Shown here piece after piece: positions 1-12,369 of a DNA stretch of 64,000 nucleotides. The DNA comes from Diplonema japonicum. Its lineage: Eukaryota; Protista; Euglenozoa: Diplonemea. Position 1 is the stretch's first letter. Each line of letters opens with the position of its first letter. A program made the position numbers and the translations under genes. The notes below the pieces were generated by a model. That model saw nothing but the letters and a program-made list of their open reading frames with translations. It was not told the origin of the DNA and searched no databases. The DNA lies in contig OZ025752.1 in NCBI GenBank assembly GCA_964019335.1, positions 124,001 to 188,000 of the forward strand, given 5' to 3'.

Positions 1-487
1 ACCACCGCAGTAGGAACCCGCCAGAGCCCCCAGAACGCCGGTGAGCGCAAAAACGCATACCTTAAAAGAATAGTTTTTTTTCTTTTTTCTTTTTTTTTTT
101 TGAACACGAGAAGGCCGGTGAACGTATTCCCAGGGCATTCTTCACGGCGTTTGCGAAAAGAAGAAAGTCTAAAAACCCACTTACCTGGGGGTCCGTGATT
201 GATTTTAAAACAAACCATCGATCAGGACCTGATCAGGACCCGACCGGATAAATCGATTTTCTTTTCTTTCTTTTCTTTCTCTCCACCCAGCTCGCTTATT
301 TGGCGCGATTGGCGATTTTTTTGTTTAAGAGGAATGAAAGTGTCCCCGCCCCCTTTCACTATTTTTTTCCAGCGACCTTCTTCCACCCTTTTATTTTACA
401 TTTTCGCTTCTTTATTCCCCCACTTGCAATAACATTTCAGCGGCCTTCTTCCATGGTAATTTGTCGACGGCCCCAACAGCAGCAAAC

Positions 488-1433
488 ATGGATGTGTTCG
501 TAAAGGACGCTCCAGGGAAGCGCAAAGAGATGGTGGTGAAGGAGCACAGCACGCTGAGATCGGTCTTCTCGCAGCGCAGAGGAACTTGAACTTGTTGAGC
601 ATACGCCCTCCCCTCCCTTAGGGGGGACAAGGGCTTTATGCTGTCTGCATTGAAGGCTGTCAGGTATTGCTATGGTCCCGATATCCTTCACCATGCCACC
701 CCCGAGCTCCTCGACGACGCTGGCTTTGCGGCCGACGCCATCATGACAAAAGCAGTGTTCGGTAATCTTAGATTTTCTGTGAGGTTGCAAACCGACCCGA
801 GAGTGTGCCTTCTCCACAAGGTCACGAACCAGCGATTGCTCCCCGACCCTGTCCTTTCTGACGACACGGAGGTCGCCATGCTTCAGATCAAGATGTGGGA
901 CAGGGCCCACGAAGCCACGCCATGGGACTTTTCTGACGACCACGAGTGCTGTCTGCAGCATGTCTCTGAGCGTCTGCAGGGTGACAAGGAGTTGGTGCTG
1001 GCTGCTGTGGAGTATGACGGGATGAGCTTGAAGCACGCAGCGGGGCCCTTGAGGAACGACCCTGATGTTGTTCGTGCAGCTGTGCAGCAGAATGGGATGG
1101 CCTTGGGTTTTGCATCTGAGAAAGAGGAAGAAGAGGAAGAAGAAGAAGTTTGCGATGTTGGCGGTGAAGAAGGACTGGATGGCATTTTGCCACCTCACAG
1201 GTGCGGCGAGGGACAGCAAGGAGGTGGCATTGGAGGCTATTAAGGCAGATTATAAAAAAAAAGATACAAGTGCTTACGATTACCTACCAAAGCGACTTCA
1301 GGAAGACAAGGAAGTGGCTGTGGCGACAGTGAGCAGGAACGGGTTGTATGTGCAGTGCCTCCCCGAGAAGCTGAAGAAGGACAAGTGTGTGGTGCTGGCG
1401 GTGGTGAAGCAGAAGCTCATCGGTCATAGGTAG
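488..1433 (+). pseudogene. Degenerate copy of the Ubl-like/DUF4116 repeat gene
   Basis: Near-identical to 61902-63797 from the same start (atggatgtgttcgtaaaggacgc). It lacks about 241 bp (equivalent to 61970-62210) and a second ~0.3-kb block, is frameshifted into ORFs 638-1243 and 1065-1433, and is truncated at the 3' end. Confidence 0.8.
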
Positions 1434-1645
1434 TTTTTGAGAAGAAAAAGTCCCCTTTTCTTTTAGCCCACTCCTCCCTCTTTTCTTTTTATAGGCCATA
1501 GTACGTTGGTAAGAGCAAGACCTACTAGTGGTTCAGCAGGGAGGTCCAGGAATGAAAAGACAGTGTGGTGCAAAAGATTTCAGGCAAGACGACAATCCAT
1601 GAAGCGCTAGTGACATGTCTGAAAAGACTGAGAAAATTGAAAAAG

Positions 1646-2360
1646 GGAACTTTTTTTTTTTATTTTTTTCCCCGTAATTTGTCTCATCTAGGATTAGGTG
1701 CTGCTGCAGAAGGGGAAAAATAATTCTTTATGACTATATGTCTTTGTTGTTCGCACGAGCAAAAAAGGTTTTTAAAAAGCTGCGAAAGTTTTTTGCTCGG
1801 CACAAGTTGCATATAGTTATAAAATCATTTTTTGAAAGATAAATATTTGTAACAAAAAAAAATTTTTTTTCGTTGGGGGTTTTCTTTTCTTTTTTTTTTT
1901 CTCTCTTTTTTTTCAAAAAAAAAAAGAAGAAGTTCCCTTTTTTTTCCCCCATGGATCTGTTCTTCACGATGCATAACATGAAACTGTCGCAGGGCGACGG
2001 ATTGGACCACGTTATTAAGACACTGTGCGAGGTGTGGGATTTACACACGCGGGCCGTTGCTAACCGGGAACTTTTTTTTTTTTTTTTTCCCCGTAATTTG
2101 TCTTATCTAGGATTAGGTGCTGCTGCAGGGGAAAAAAAAAAAAAACATTCTTCGTTGGGTTTTTTTTTTTTTTTTTTTTTCTCTCTTTTTTTTCAAAAAA
2201 AAAAAAAAAAAAAAGTTCCCTTTTTTTTTTTTTTTTTTTTTTCCCCATGGATCTGTTCTTCACAATGCATAACATGGAAACAAAAACCCTGACGGTGTCG
2301 CAGGGCGACGGATTGGACCACGTTATTAAGACACTGTGCGAGGTGTGGGATTTACACACG
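1646..2360 (+). repeat. Local tandem duplication of the upstream region and 5' end of the 2247-3200 gene
   Basis: 1646-1715 matches 2066-2130 (cccgtaatttgtc..taggattaggtgctgctgcag). 1873-2049 matches 2153-2360 (atggatctgttcttcac..gtgtgggatttacacacg). Confidence 0.85.
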
Positions 2361-3200
2361 GAGATGGTGCAGTTTGGGGAATTTGAGGGAGACCTTGGAT
2401 ACACGGTGGGGGAGATGCCGTGGGCGCAAGGCGATGCTGTCGAAATAAAGCTCTCAGAGTTGGGGGAGGCGGTTGTAGGGTTGAGGTTGGAAGGGTTCAA
2501 ATATCCCCTCTCGAAGAATGGTTTCAAGGACGTGCTTCGCTCGCAGAATCTGAACGCCGTGCACCACGCGGTTAAGGTTCTAGAAAGCCTCCCGACGGAC
2601 TCGATGAAATTCTGCATCGAAAACAACTTGACTCAGAGCGCGATTCTACTTATAGAAACCGGTCTAGTTCACGAAGAGAGTGCGCTTTCCTACTCTTTAG
2701 ATACGAACGCTCCACAGGAAATCGGGCTTGCGCTTTTGAGAAGGATGCCTTGCAAGCAAGTAAACCCTCTGATTCTGAGACAGGTCTACATACTTGAAGA
2801 AGCTCTGCAGCTTGGGTGGAAATTAAAATCATGCATCGAGCTCAGCTCGCAGAACCGTAGTTTGCGAAAGGCAGCGTGTGTTCTCTCCTCGGGGAAGTGC
2901 CCGCGTTGCTGTGAGATTAATCTATCGGGCTGCGGGATCGGCAGGCTCGATTGTCTCACCACGGCCCTTGCGAGCGGGGAGGTCCCGGCGGGGGTTTTCA
3001 TCAACCTTCAGCGGAACGATCTAGCCTCTGTTCCAGAAGATGAGTGGTGTGCCTTCTTCCGGGCCCTCTCCGCTTTCACCTCCCCTGGCCTTAACATCGA
3101 CATGCGAGGCAATGAGGTCCTCGAAGCCCCTTGGTTCAATAAGTACCATGAGCGGTTCCGTGTCGGAAGGATGCCCGAGGCGTTTGTCTTGTGGTGTTGA
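2247..3200 (+). CDS. Hypothetical protein with C-terminal LRR-like repeats
   Basis: 317-aa ORF with normal coding composition. Motifs INLSGCGIG, INLQRNDL and IDMRGNEV are LRR-like. The true start may be 2274. Confidence 0.7.
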   Translation: MDLFFTMHNMETKTLTVSQGDGLDHVIKTLCEVWDLHTEMVQFGEFEGDLGYTVGEMPWAQGDAVEIKLSELGEAVVGLRLEGFKYPLSKNGFKDVLRSQNLNAVHHAVKVLESLPTDSMKFCIENNLTQSAILLIETGLVHEESALSYSLDTNAPQEIGLALLRRMPCKQVNPLILRQVYILEEALQLGWKLKSCIELSSQNRSLRKAACVLSSGKCPRCCEINLSGCGIGRLDCLTTALASGEVPAGVFINLQRNDLASVPEDEWCAFFRALSAFTSPGLNIDMRGNEVLEAPWFNKYHERFRVGRMPEAFVLWC

Positions 3201-3391
3201 ATGTGTTTTCTTTCTTTCTTTTTTTTTTTTTTTTTTTCGTTCTTTTAATTGTCTCTTTTGAAGAAGAAAAAAAAAAGAATAACACACCCTCAGGAAAAAA
3301 AACCCCATTTTTTTTTTTTTTTTTTGTTGTGCACACATGTTGTGCAGTTAAAACACATTTCTTTTTATTAAAAAAAAAAAAAAAAAAAAAA

Positions 3392-5827
3392 ATGGGGAAG
3401 CAAGTCACGGACACGATAAAGATTTACCTGAGGGTGAGGCCCGCCGCCAACCCTTCAAAAAACTACTCGATCGCGAAGGAGTTCGAGCACTCTGACGTGA
3501 GCTTCCACCTGGACAAGAACGTGCACAGAGAGGTAATCAACAACCAGATTGAGGACTATCAGTTCAGGTTCGCAGATGTTTTCGACAGGGAGACCACACA
3601 GGAGCAGATCTTCGACAGGGTGGCGAAGGGATGCGTGGAGAACGTTCTAGAAGGCTATAACTCAACCGTGTTCGCATACGGCCAGACGGGGAGCGGGAAA
3701 ACATTCAGCATTACAGGAGGATCGGAATCGTACGCACAACGTGGGATTATACCCAGAGCCATATCAATGATATTTGATGAGCTTGGTAAAAAAACCGATG
3801 AGGACTGCTCTGTCCGGGTTTCATATCTTCAAATCTACAACGATAAAGGGCAGGATTTGCTGAACAAGGGAAACGACGCCAGAAGCTTGGAAGATCTACC
3901 GAAGGTCAGCATCCAAGAGGCAGACGACGAATTCGTTGTCAAAGACCTCGGACAGCACCTCTGCTCCAGACAAGAAGACGCGTTGAATCTCCTCTTCCTC
4001 GGCGACACCAACAGAATGTACTGCGAAACGACGATGAACGCAACGTCCAGCCGATCCCACTGCATATTCACCGTTTCTGTTGAACAGAGAAAACCGGGTT
4101 CCGCCGTGGTGCGAAGATCAAAACTGCATTTGGTCGATCTAGCCGGCTCGGAACGTGTCAAAAAAACAGGCGCGGAAGGTAAAATCCTCCGCGAGGCGAA
4201 GTACATCAACCTGTCCCTCCACTACCTCCAAGAGGTCATCACCGCATTGTGCGACAAGGCGGAGGGTCGACGGGACCACATCCCATACCGACAGTCTTTA
4301 ATGACAATGGTTCTCCGTGATTCACTTGGAGGGAACTGTAGGACAGTCATGTTGGCAACCGCCCATCCTCAAGACGCGTTCATGGACGAGACCATCTCAA
4401 CCTGCAAGTTCTCGCAACGCGTAGCAAGCATCAAGACCAACGCACACATCAACGAGGAAGCCGACCCTGCACTGGTCGTGAAACGTCTCAAAACAGAGGT
4501 GGCAACTCTGAAGGAAGAGCTTGCCATGTACAGGCAAGGCGACACTGCCGGCGACAGAGAACTCACCACTGACGAAAAAGAGAAATGCAAGGATCTTGTC
4601 ATGCAATACCTCGCTGACGCTGACGACACCGCTCGCCTCACGGGGCTTGAAGGTGATCTTGCGAGGTTTTTCTACTGCTACCGGGTTATGAAGGACATGA
4701 TCCATTCTGGTGGGAACATCAGCAACAACAACAACAACAATTCCAACAATGCCAACATTAGTGCTTCGTCACCCCCCGGTCAAACGGAGGGTGGTGCGGA
4801 AGCCATCGCGCAGCTCAAGCTGCAGCTTCAAGCGAAAGACAATGAACTCTCGATGCTGCTGTCCATCGTGCAGAAATACCAGGTTCAGAAGTCAGCCGTG
4901 GCAACACAGACTGCTGGTGGGAACGGCGGGGCGTCAGGTGGGTACACTCATAACACCCCACCATCGTCACCCCCGTTGAGCCGCGCACCCCCTCCAGATG
5001 CTACAAAGCAGGACCAGGTCAAAATGCTAGCCATCGAGCACAAGCTCGGGACAGATTACAACCTGGACGCGCTTGACTCGCAAGGTGTGGAGCTCCTGAA
5101 GGACACGACACGGGCCTTCGAGGAATTCCGGAAATCGTGGAGAAAGTTCGAGCAGATTGAACGGCAGAAGGACGAACAGCGGCAACGGTGCGACAAGGCG
5201 AAAGCGTTGGCCCATACGGTATTATTATTTACACCCCACACAACCACACACAGATCAACGAGCATTCCACAAAAATATCCGCCGTAAAAAGCAAGATCCA
5301 GATGCTGCGAGCGGAGCGGGCCACGCAAGGGTGGGACGAGCCCGACCCTGAGGAAAAAACAGTATGGAATAATTTAAAAAAAATAAAATAAAACCCCCCA
5401 TTTTCTTCCCCAGCTCTTTGCGCAACTGGATATGGGAAAAACCGAATATCGAAAGCTAGTTGCGGAACTAAGCGAGGAGAAGAAGGTTTATGAGCACTTC
5501 CAAGGGATCCTCAAGGGGGTGTCGGCCAAGCTTACACAGGACTTCGAAAACTGGTGGGCGCTCAGGAAGTGGCAGATGACGGGCGGGAACATGGACAGAA
5601 CAAGGAGCATCGCCTCCTTCTCAGATAAGCAGTTTGCCGAGCGCAGGGAGGCCCCGACAACGATCACCAACCTTACGATGGCTGACAGCAACGCATCTAT
5701 AAAGACTAGACCTCCTGTTGCCTCAAACCCTCACAAACCCAGAGGAGCCGCACCAGACGCAGAAGTCCAAGCCGAGCTCCAAAAACTCTTCCAAGCACGG
5801 GAGAAGCTCCGGTCTGGTGTGACGTAG
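3392..5827 (+). CDS. KIF6: Kinesin-9 family motor, KIF6-like; join(3392..5218,5254..5361,5414..5827)
   Basis: P-loop AYGQTGSGKT, switch motifs NATSSRSH and LVDLAGSER, and HIPYR. After splicing, the tail reads AKALAHT|INEHSTKI..EEKT|LFAQLD..KLTQDFENWW, matching the KIF6 tail pattern. Introns 5219-5253 and 5362-5413 restore the frame. Confidence 0.9.
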
Positions 5828-6052
5828 AGGGTTCTTTTTCTTCTTCTTTTTTTTTTTTTTTTTTTGTTTTTTTTCAATTTCTTCCCCTTAAAGTAAATAA
5901 GTTTGTATTGTTGAAAGAAAAAAAAAAGTTCAAAAAAAGAAAAAAAAAAGAGAAAACAAAGGACACAAAATAAATACACACACTTACCCCCCACTTGTTT
6001 AGTGTGGGGTGTACGGGAAGGGGGTAAAACAAAACAAAAAAAAAATAAGAAG

Positions 6053-8701
6053 ATGCCACCTCAAACGGATAAGAAATACCCGCCAGGATCGGTCCTCGGT
6101 GCCATGAGGGCAAGGTTGGAAAAGAAAAGGGAGAAGAAGCCGGATTTCATGGCCGGGCATGAGGCGTGGAGCAAGGAAGGAAAGGCTGAGAGCGGCCCCA
6201 TGGCAAGCAAGAGCGCGAGGTTTAAGGAGTTACCAGAGGACGAGCGAGACTTCTACAATATCCCGCAACCGAGTGTCAAGGCAGGAAGGTGGGGGCAGCC
6301 TCACAGTGAGAAGAAGTCTAAAAAAGTCGGTACCCCGCACTGTGTTCTCCCCACACCCGATGCGGATCTTGCAGCTGACAATAAATTGAAGAACTCGCAC
6401 GTGTCCTCCTTCCTCTCTTACCGGCGTGATCCCCCAGCAAAGTCGGGCACCGCCACGCCCTACGACCTCCCTGACTTGAACACTGGCCATGCCCTCACCA
6501 TGGGAACAAACTCTCGTGACCCCATCACTCATGATGATGAGGAACCTGGTCCTGGTGCTTATGATCCCAAGGACTTAGACCCAAAGCACGCACTTCCCAA
6601 CTACTCCTCCGACAGGTTCCCGAACAATTCTAAGAATGTCCATGACACCACTTACCTCGATCCCTATGCTGCTGAGAAGAAGCGTGAAAATGAGAAGGGC
6701 AACACAACATGGGGCAAGGCATCTCAAGACAGGCCTGCTGATGTCCCCACACCCATTCCCTTCTACGACCTCCCTGACCAGAACACTGGCCATGCCCCCA
6801 CCATGGGAACAAACTCTCGTGACCCCATCACTCATGATGATGAGGAACCTGGTCCTGGTGCTTATGATCCCAAGGACTTAGATCCAAAGCACGCACTTCC
6901 CAACTACTCCTCCGACAGGTTCCCGAACAATTCTAAGAATGTACATGACACCACTTATCTGGACCCTTATGCTGCTGAGAAGAAGCGTGAAAATGAGAAG
7001 GGCAACACGACATGGGGCAAGGCATCCCAAGACAGGCCTGCTGATGTCCCCACACCCATTCCCTTCTACGACCTCCCTGACCAGAACACTGGCCATGCCC
7101 CCACCATGGGAACAAACTCTCGTGACCCCATCACTCATGATGAAGAGGAACCTGGTCCTGGTGCTTATGATCCCAAGGACTTAGATCCTAAACATGCACT
7201 TCCCAACTACTCCTCCGACAGGTTCCCGAACAATTCCAAGAATATTCATGACACCACTTACCTCGATCCCTATGCTGCTGAGAAAAAGCGTGAAAATGAG
7301 AAGGGCAACACGACATGGGGCAAGGCATCCCAAGACAGGCCTGCTGATGTCCCTACACCCATTCCCTTCTACGACCTCCCTGACCAGAACACTGGCCATG
7401 CCCCCACCATGGGAACAAACTCTCGTGACCCCATCACTCATGATGATGAGGAACCTGGTCCTGGTGCCTATGATCCCAAGGACTTAGATCCAAAGCACGC
7501 ACTTCCCAACTACTCCTCTGATAGGTTCCCAAACAATTCCAAGAATATTCATGACACCACTTACCTCGATCCCTATGCTGCTGAGAAGAAGCGTGAAAAT
7601 GAGAAGGGCAACACGACATGGGGCAAGGCGTCCCAAGACAGGCCTGCTGATGTTTCCACACCCATTCCCTTCTACGACCTCCCTGACCAGAACACTGGCC
7701 ATGCCCCCACCATGGGAACAAACTCTCGTGATCCCATCACTCATGATGATGAGGAACCTGGTCCTGGTGCCTATGATCCCAAGGACTTAGATCCAAAGCA
7801 CGCACTTCCCAACTACTCCTCCGACAGGTTCCCGAACAATTCCAAGAATATTCATGACACCACTTACCTCGATCCCTATGCTGCTGAGAAGAAGCGTGAA
7901 AATGAGAAGGGCAACACGACATGGGGCAAGGCATCCCAAGACAGGCCTGCTGATGTCCCTACACCCATTCCCTTCTACAACCTCCCTGACCAGAACACTG
8001 GCCATGCCCCCACCATGGGAACAAACTCTCGTGACCCCATCACTCATGATGAAGAGGAACCTGGTCCTGGTGCTTATGATCCCAAGGACTTAGATCCAAA
8101 GCACGCACTTCCCAACTACTCCTCTGATAGGTTCCCAAACAATTCCAAGAATGTCCATGACACCACTTACCTCGATCCCTATGCTGCTGAGAAGAAGCGT
8201 GAAAATGAGAAGGATAAGAAGACATGGGGCAAGGCGTCCCAAGACAGGCCTGCTGATGTTTCCACACCCATTCCCTTCTACGACCTCCCTGACCAGAACA
8301 CTGGCCATGCCCCCACCATGGGAACAAACTCTCGTGACCCCATCACTCATGATGAAGAGGAACCTGGTCCTGGTGCTTATGACGCGATTGATAAAAAAGG
8401 GGTCTGCGACTCGGGGCTGCCTGAATACAAGGAAGCCAGGTTTAAAGATACAAAAGCACCAGGGTGCAGTGAGTTTTACATAGCACCAGAGGAGAGGGTG
8501 AACCACGCATGGGTGATGTATGCATTTTTTTTTTTTTTTTAAAGTTTTTATCGCTGAACTTTAAAAAAAAAAAAAAAAAACAAAAACAAAAAAAACAGAA
8601 ATGCTTCTGAGAGACCTGTAGGTGCAGCGGAGCAAAGTGGAGCACATGACGTAGATTACATGCCGTTGAAGGCCGAGGTTGCGAAGGTGCGGGAAACAAA
8701 A

Positions 8702-8741
<40 letters not shown>

Positions 8742-9387
8742 GGAAGACGCCCACCATGCAGCGTTCCGAGACATGTCCTCACGTGACAAGGTAGTCCTAG
8801 AGGGCGATGAAGGTGCGGACTTCGTGGTGCTTGATGGCATCGCGTCTGGCCTGAAGAGCAACCCCACCCCGGGGTTCCAGTCGAAATCGGAACGGTTCAA
8901 GCTGCCCACCACGACAAAGGGACCTGTAACATATCTCGATGAAAAAATACAGATGCCTTCACAAGAAGGATCCTGGATGTTTAAGGGAAGCAAGCCAACA
9001 GAACCCAGGGTTCCAACTGGCACCACTCAAGATATCCCATACTATGACCTCCCACCCGGTTCTTCTGGCGGGACGAAGTTCGGCACAGATGCTCGTTTCC
9101 CCACAAGTTTCACAGAAGATGAACCAGGACCAGGAGACTATTCAGAAAGGCCTACCAGCACGCCCCGTGGAGGGGTGCCTTCACTGGCCATGTCTGCGAA
9201 GAGATTTGAAGGAAGAACCAGCGACACGCCTGGTCCTGCCTATGAAATTCCAGGTATTTATTTTTCAAAAAAAAAAAAATTTTTTTTTTCCATAAAAGGG
9301 ATGGCTGACCTGCTCACTGCGCGATCATCCCACAGCGCCACTGGTGTAGCGTTCGATTCCACGGGGCTGAGGTTTGAGGAAGACTGA
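6053..9387 (+). CDS. SHIPPO/STPGP (ODF3-like) repeat microtubule-associated flagellar protein; join(6053..8517,8599..8686,8743..9253,9299..9387)
   Basis: Repeated PGPGAYDP motifs, plus PGPGDY and TPGPAY. GT-AG introns 8518-8598 and 8687-8742 join ORF 6002-8542 in frame to ORF 8773-9387. Intron 9254-9298 is itself in frame. Confidence 0.8.
6460..8381 (+). repeat. Intragenic tandem repeat, 303-bp (101-aa) unit, about 6.3 copies
   Basis: Unit YDLPDQNTGHAPTMGTNSRDPITHDDEEPGPGAYDPKDLDPKHALPNYSSDRFPNN..PTPIPF recurs with a 303-bp period; the reverse-strand ORFs show the same spacing (6835, 7138, 7441, 7744, 8047). Confidence 0.97.
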
Positions 9388-9799
9388 GAAAATAGCGGGA
9401 GGGGGAGGGGAAAAAAAAAAAAGGGAAGAAAGGAAGGTGGGGGTGTGTGAGTGATGTGTGTCGTTTCAAGAAAACTTTTACTAGTGTGTTAAAATGGCGA
9501 AATGGACAAAATTCTCGAACGTCATCATTTTTTTTTGTCTTCCCCCCAACAAAAAAATAACCCAGGTTATTTTTTATTCTTATCCCCCCCCCCCCGTGTA
9601 CACTATAAGAGAGTCAAAAGTGTAAGGCTGTTTGACCTCATCGTGGTACCCCCCCCCCCCCCCCTTCCCCTTTTTTGTATTGTTATTTCTTTTTTTTTCT
9701 TAAAAATTCTATTTAAAAAAAAAAAACTCCCTTTTTTTTTCCCAACGAGTTTCATTTTTTTTTTATTCTCATCCCCCCCACCCCACCCCCTCCTCAGGT

Positions 9800-12329
9800 A
9801 TGAAAAATGGACCACCCAACAGTAAGTACGGGATAAATGGGACAGGGAGGATTAATAGCCACCCAGGGCACCGGCACGGTTCGGAATGGGTGGCGTTGGG
9901 GCAATCCGAGGAACGGAGTAGCAGCTGCGTCGCGGGGAATATCGGGGCCACACCGTTATCGCTAACTACACAAGAGGATGGAGGATTTGAGAGGTGCAGC
10001 GCAGCATCCGCTGCAAGCGGGGGAAGCACCGGCGAAGCACAGCCTCCCCCTCCCGCAACAACCACTACAACCGCAAGACCACGAAAAGGCATTCCATTGG
10101 GTGTGAAACCACCTGTCCAGTCTACCTCCTCCGCAGGCTCCGCCAGACCATCTCCAAAATCCAACAACGGCCTCCCGCGAGCAGACTCCAACACCGAAGG
10201 GGGGAAATGCCGCGTCCACGCGGTCCAGATAGACCACACTGGACAGCACAAGGAAATATCAGAAGCTTCCACCCGTGCCACAAAACACCCGCAAGGTACT
10301 ACTATATCAAAGGATGTGTCCTTACCAGGGTTAACGCCAAGCGGGCTGGGCCGCCATCGGACATCGAATCCTATTGAAATGGATGAACTGGGTGAACCGA
10401 CGCCGATTTTGTCGCCTCCGACATGTACTAGGGTTTCACAGGATGACGCGAGAGTGTTTCACAAACCGAGGACACACTCCATGCAGTCGTTGTTTAAGCG
10501 AACACCTGTCTCGAGGGTGGTCAAGCACGTACCTTCCCGACACCACAGGCAGCAGGAACAACCCTTGGGTACCGCGGCGATTGAAAACTTCCCAACAACT
10601 CCTACATCGCCTGATCCAGTTGATGCAGGGGAGTACGTTACAATAGAAAAACAGGTTATGCTGTACTCCAGCGATGAGAAGCTTGGCGTGCAGTGGCACG
10701 GTGTTGCGAAAGGATCCATTTTGGTGGGAACCGTGAAACCAGACGGAGCGGCCGACCGAGCCGGGGTTCGAGAATCTATGCGGTTGCTGGCGATCGACGG
10801 TGTCAAGATTTTAGACAGACGGGATTTAGAAAAAGCAATCGGCCCGGAAGGAACCGCAATGGGAAAACTCAAAGCAGGGGAAACCATTACGCTACGCCTC
10901 GAGGTGAAGAAAGAATCTACCGACGACACCACCGTTGTGGATATCGACCACGATGGTTCCGACACCAACTCCTCTTACGATGTTGAGTACAACGTAAGAC
11001 TGCTCGCCTTCCACCCAATCTTCGAAGCGACATGGCTGCCGTGCCTAACAGCTGTTTTAGCTCACACCGCGTTCTACCAGCTCCCATTGGTAATCGGGCA
11101 TATTGGTGTGTTCTACTGTCTGTTGGTAATAGCCGTAGTAGCCCTCATATCACTGTTGTCCCTGGCGTCTGTCTCAGCGTTGATGATGAGAAAAACAACG
11201 ACGAACGATCTTGAAAATCTGGGGCCGTACCACATGTTGTCGAGACATGTGGGTACAGAGTACGGCGGTGCGGTTGGTGTATTCTACTGGTTGGTACTGA
11301 CACTTCTCTGCTCGCTCCATTCTCAAGGCATTGCGGAGGCTCTGTACTGGTACTGGGACATAGAGTCATATGGGATAGACGAGACGCTATCAGTCTCCAT
11401 TATCGCATGGTCTCTTCAGATAATCGTCGTTATCCTCATCTCTCACGGTGTTACCTATGTGTCTGTCATGGAGCTGTCTTCTGTTATCTTGACAGCGGGA
11501 GCGTTTTTAACAGGGATGATCGGTTTGTTCAACGGGAACAAGGGAGACTGGGCGAAGGGTCCGCCTCGATGGTCGGCTTTAACGCACAACTGGCTGGACA
11601 CCGGGGAGGGAACGGATACAATGTCGCTTTACGAAGCGTTTACAAGAATCTTCCCGGCGTGTCTTGGAATTCTTGTGGTGCTGGGCCGAGCGACCGATAT
11701 GAAGGAACCAGAGAAAGAACTACCTTCAGCAACGTTCAAAGCGATGGTGTTTTGTTGGGTAGTGTTAACGATGATGACGCTACTGCTGGGATCTGTCATG
11801 GTGGTGGAAAGGGATAATTTGAATGATGGAGTGCAGCGAAACACAACAGACACAAAGGCGATTATGTACGCGTTCGCCGAGGTGTCGTGGCCGTCCCCTG
11901 GAGTCTTTGAAACAGTGGTCTTGATTGCCATTTTGGTTCAGTGTATACAGTCTTTGATTATAGCACCCCATGTTTTGTCTGCCATTGCACGGGATCATAT
12001 TGCGCCTATTTTGGATACGTTTCAGGTTGGTGCTGAATCGTCAGAACAGCCTCTTCGTGCGCTTCTCTTCTCCTCCTTCATCTCCTCCTCTCTCGTTCCT
12101 ATAAGAGGGCATCTTTACACAGCGCTTGCGATCGCTTCCTTGATCACCTTGATGCTTATTAATGGTGTGGCTGGTTTCGAGACGATGATGGAGTCCGGAA
12201 ACACGTACCGATCGAGTGATTACAAAGTCGGTTTTGTGATCTCGTGGAAGGTGTCGCTGGTAGGATTCATCTTGTGCGCCTTCGCGTTGTTCTCGATTAA
12301 CGTATGTTTTTTTTTTTTTTTTTCAAAAG

Positions 12330-12369
<40 letters not shown>

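Noticed and set aside
6460-8381. Regular repeat array considered as CRISPR or satellite
   Set aside because: The units are contiguous 303-bp in-frame coding repeats with no unique spacers.
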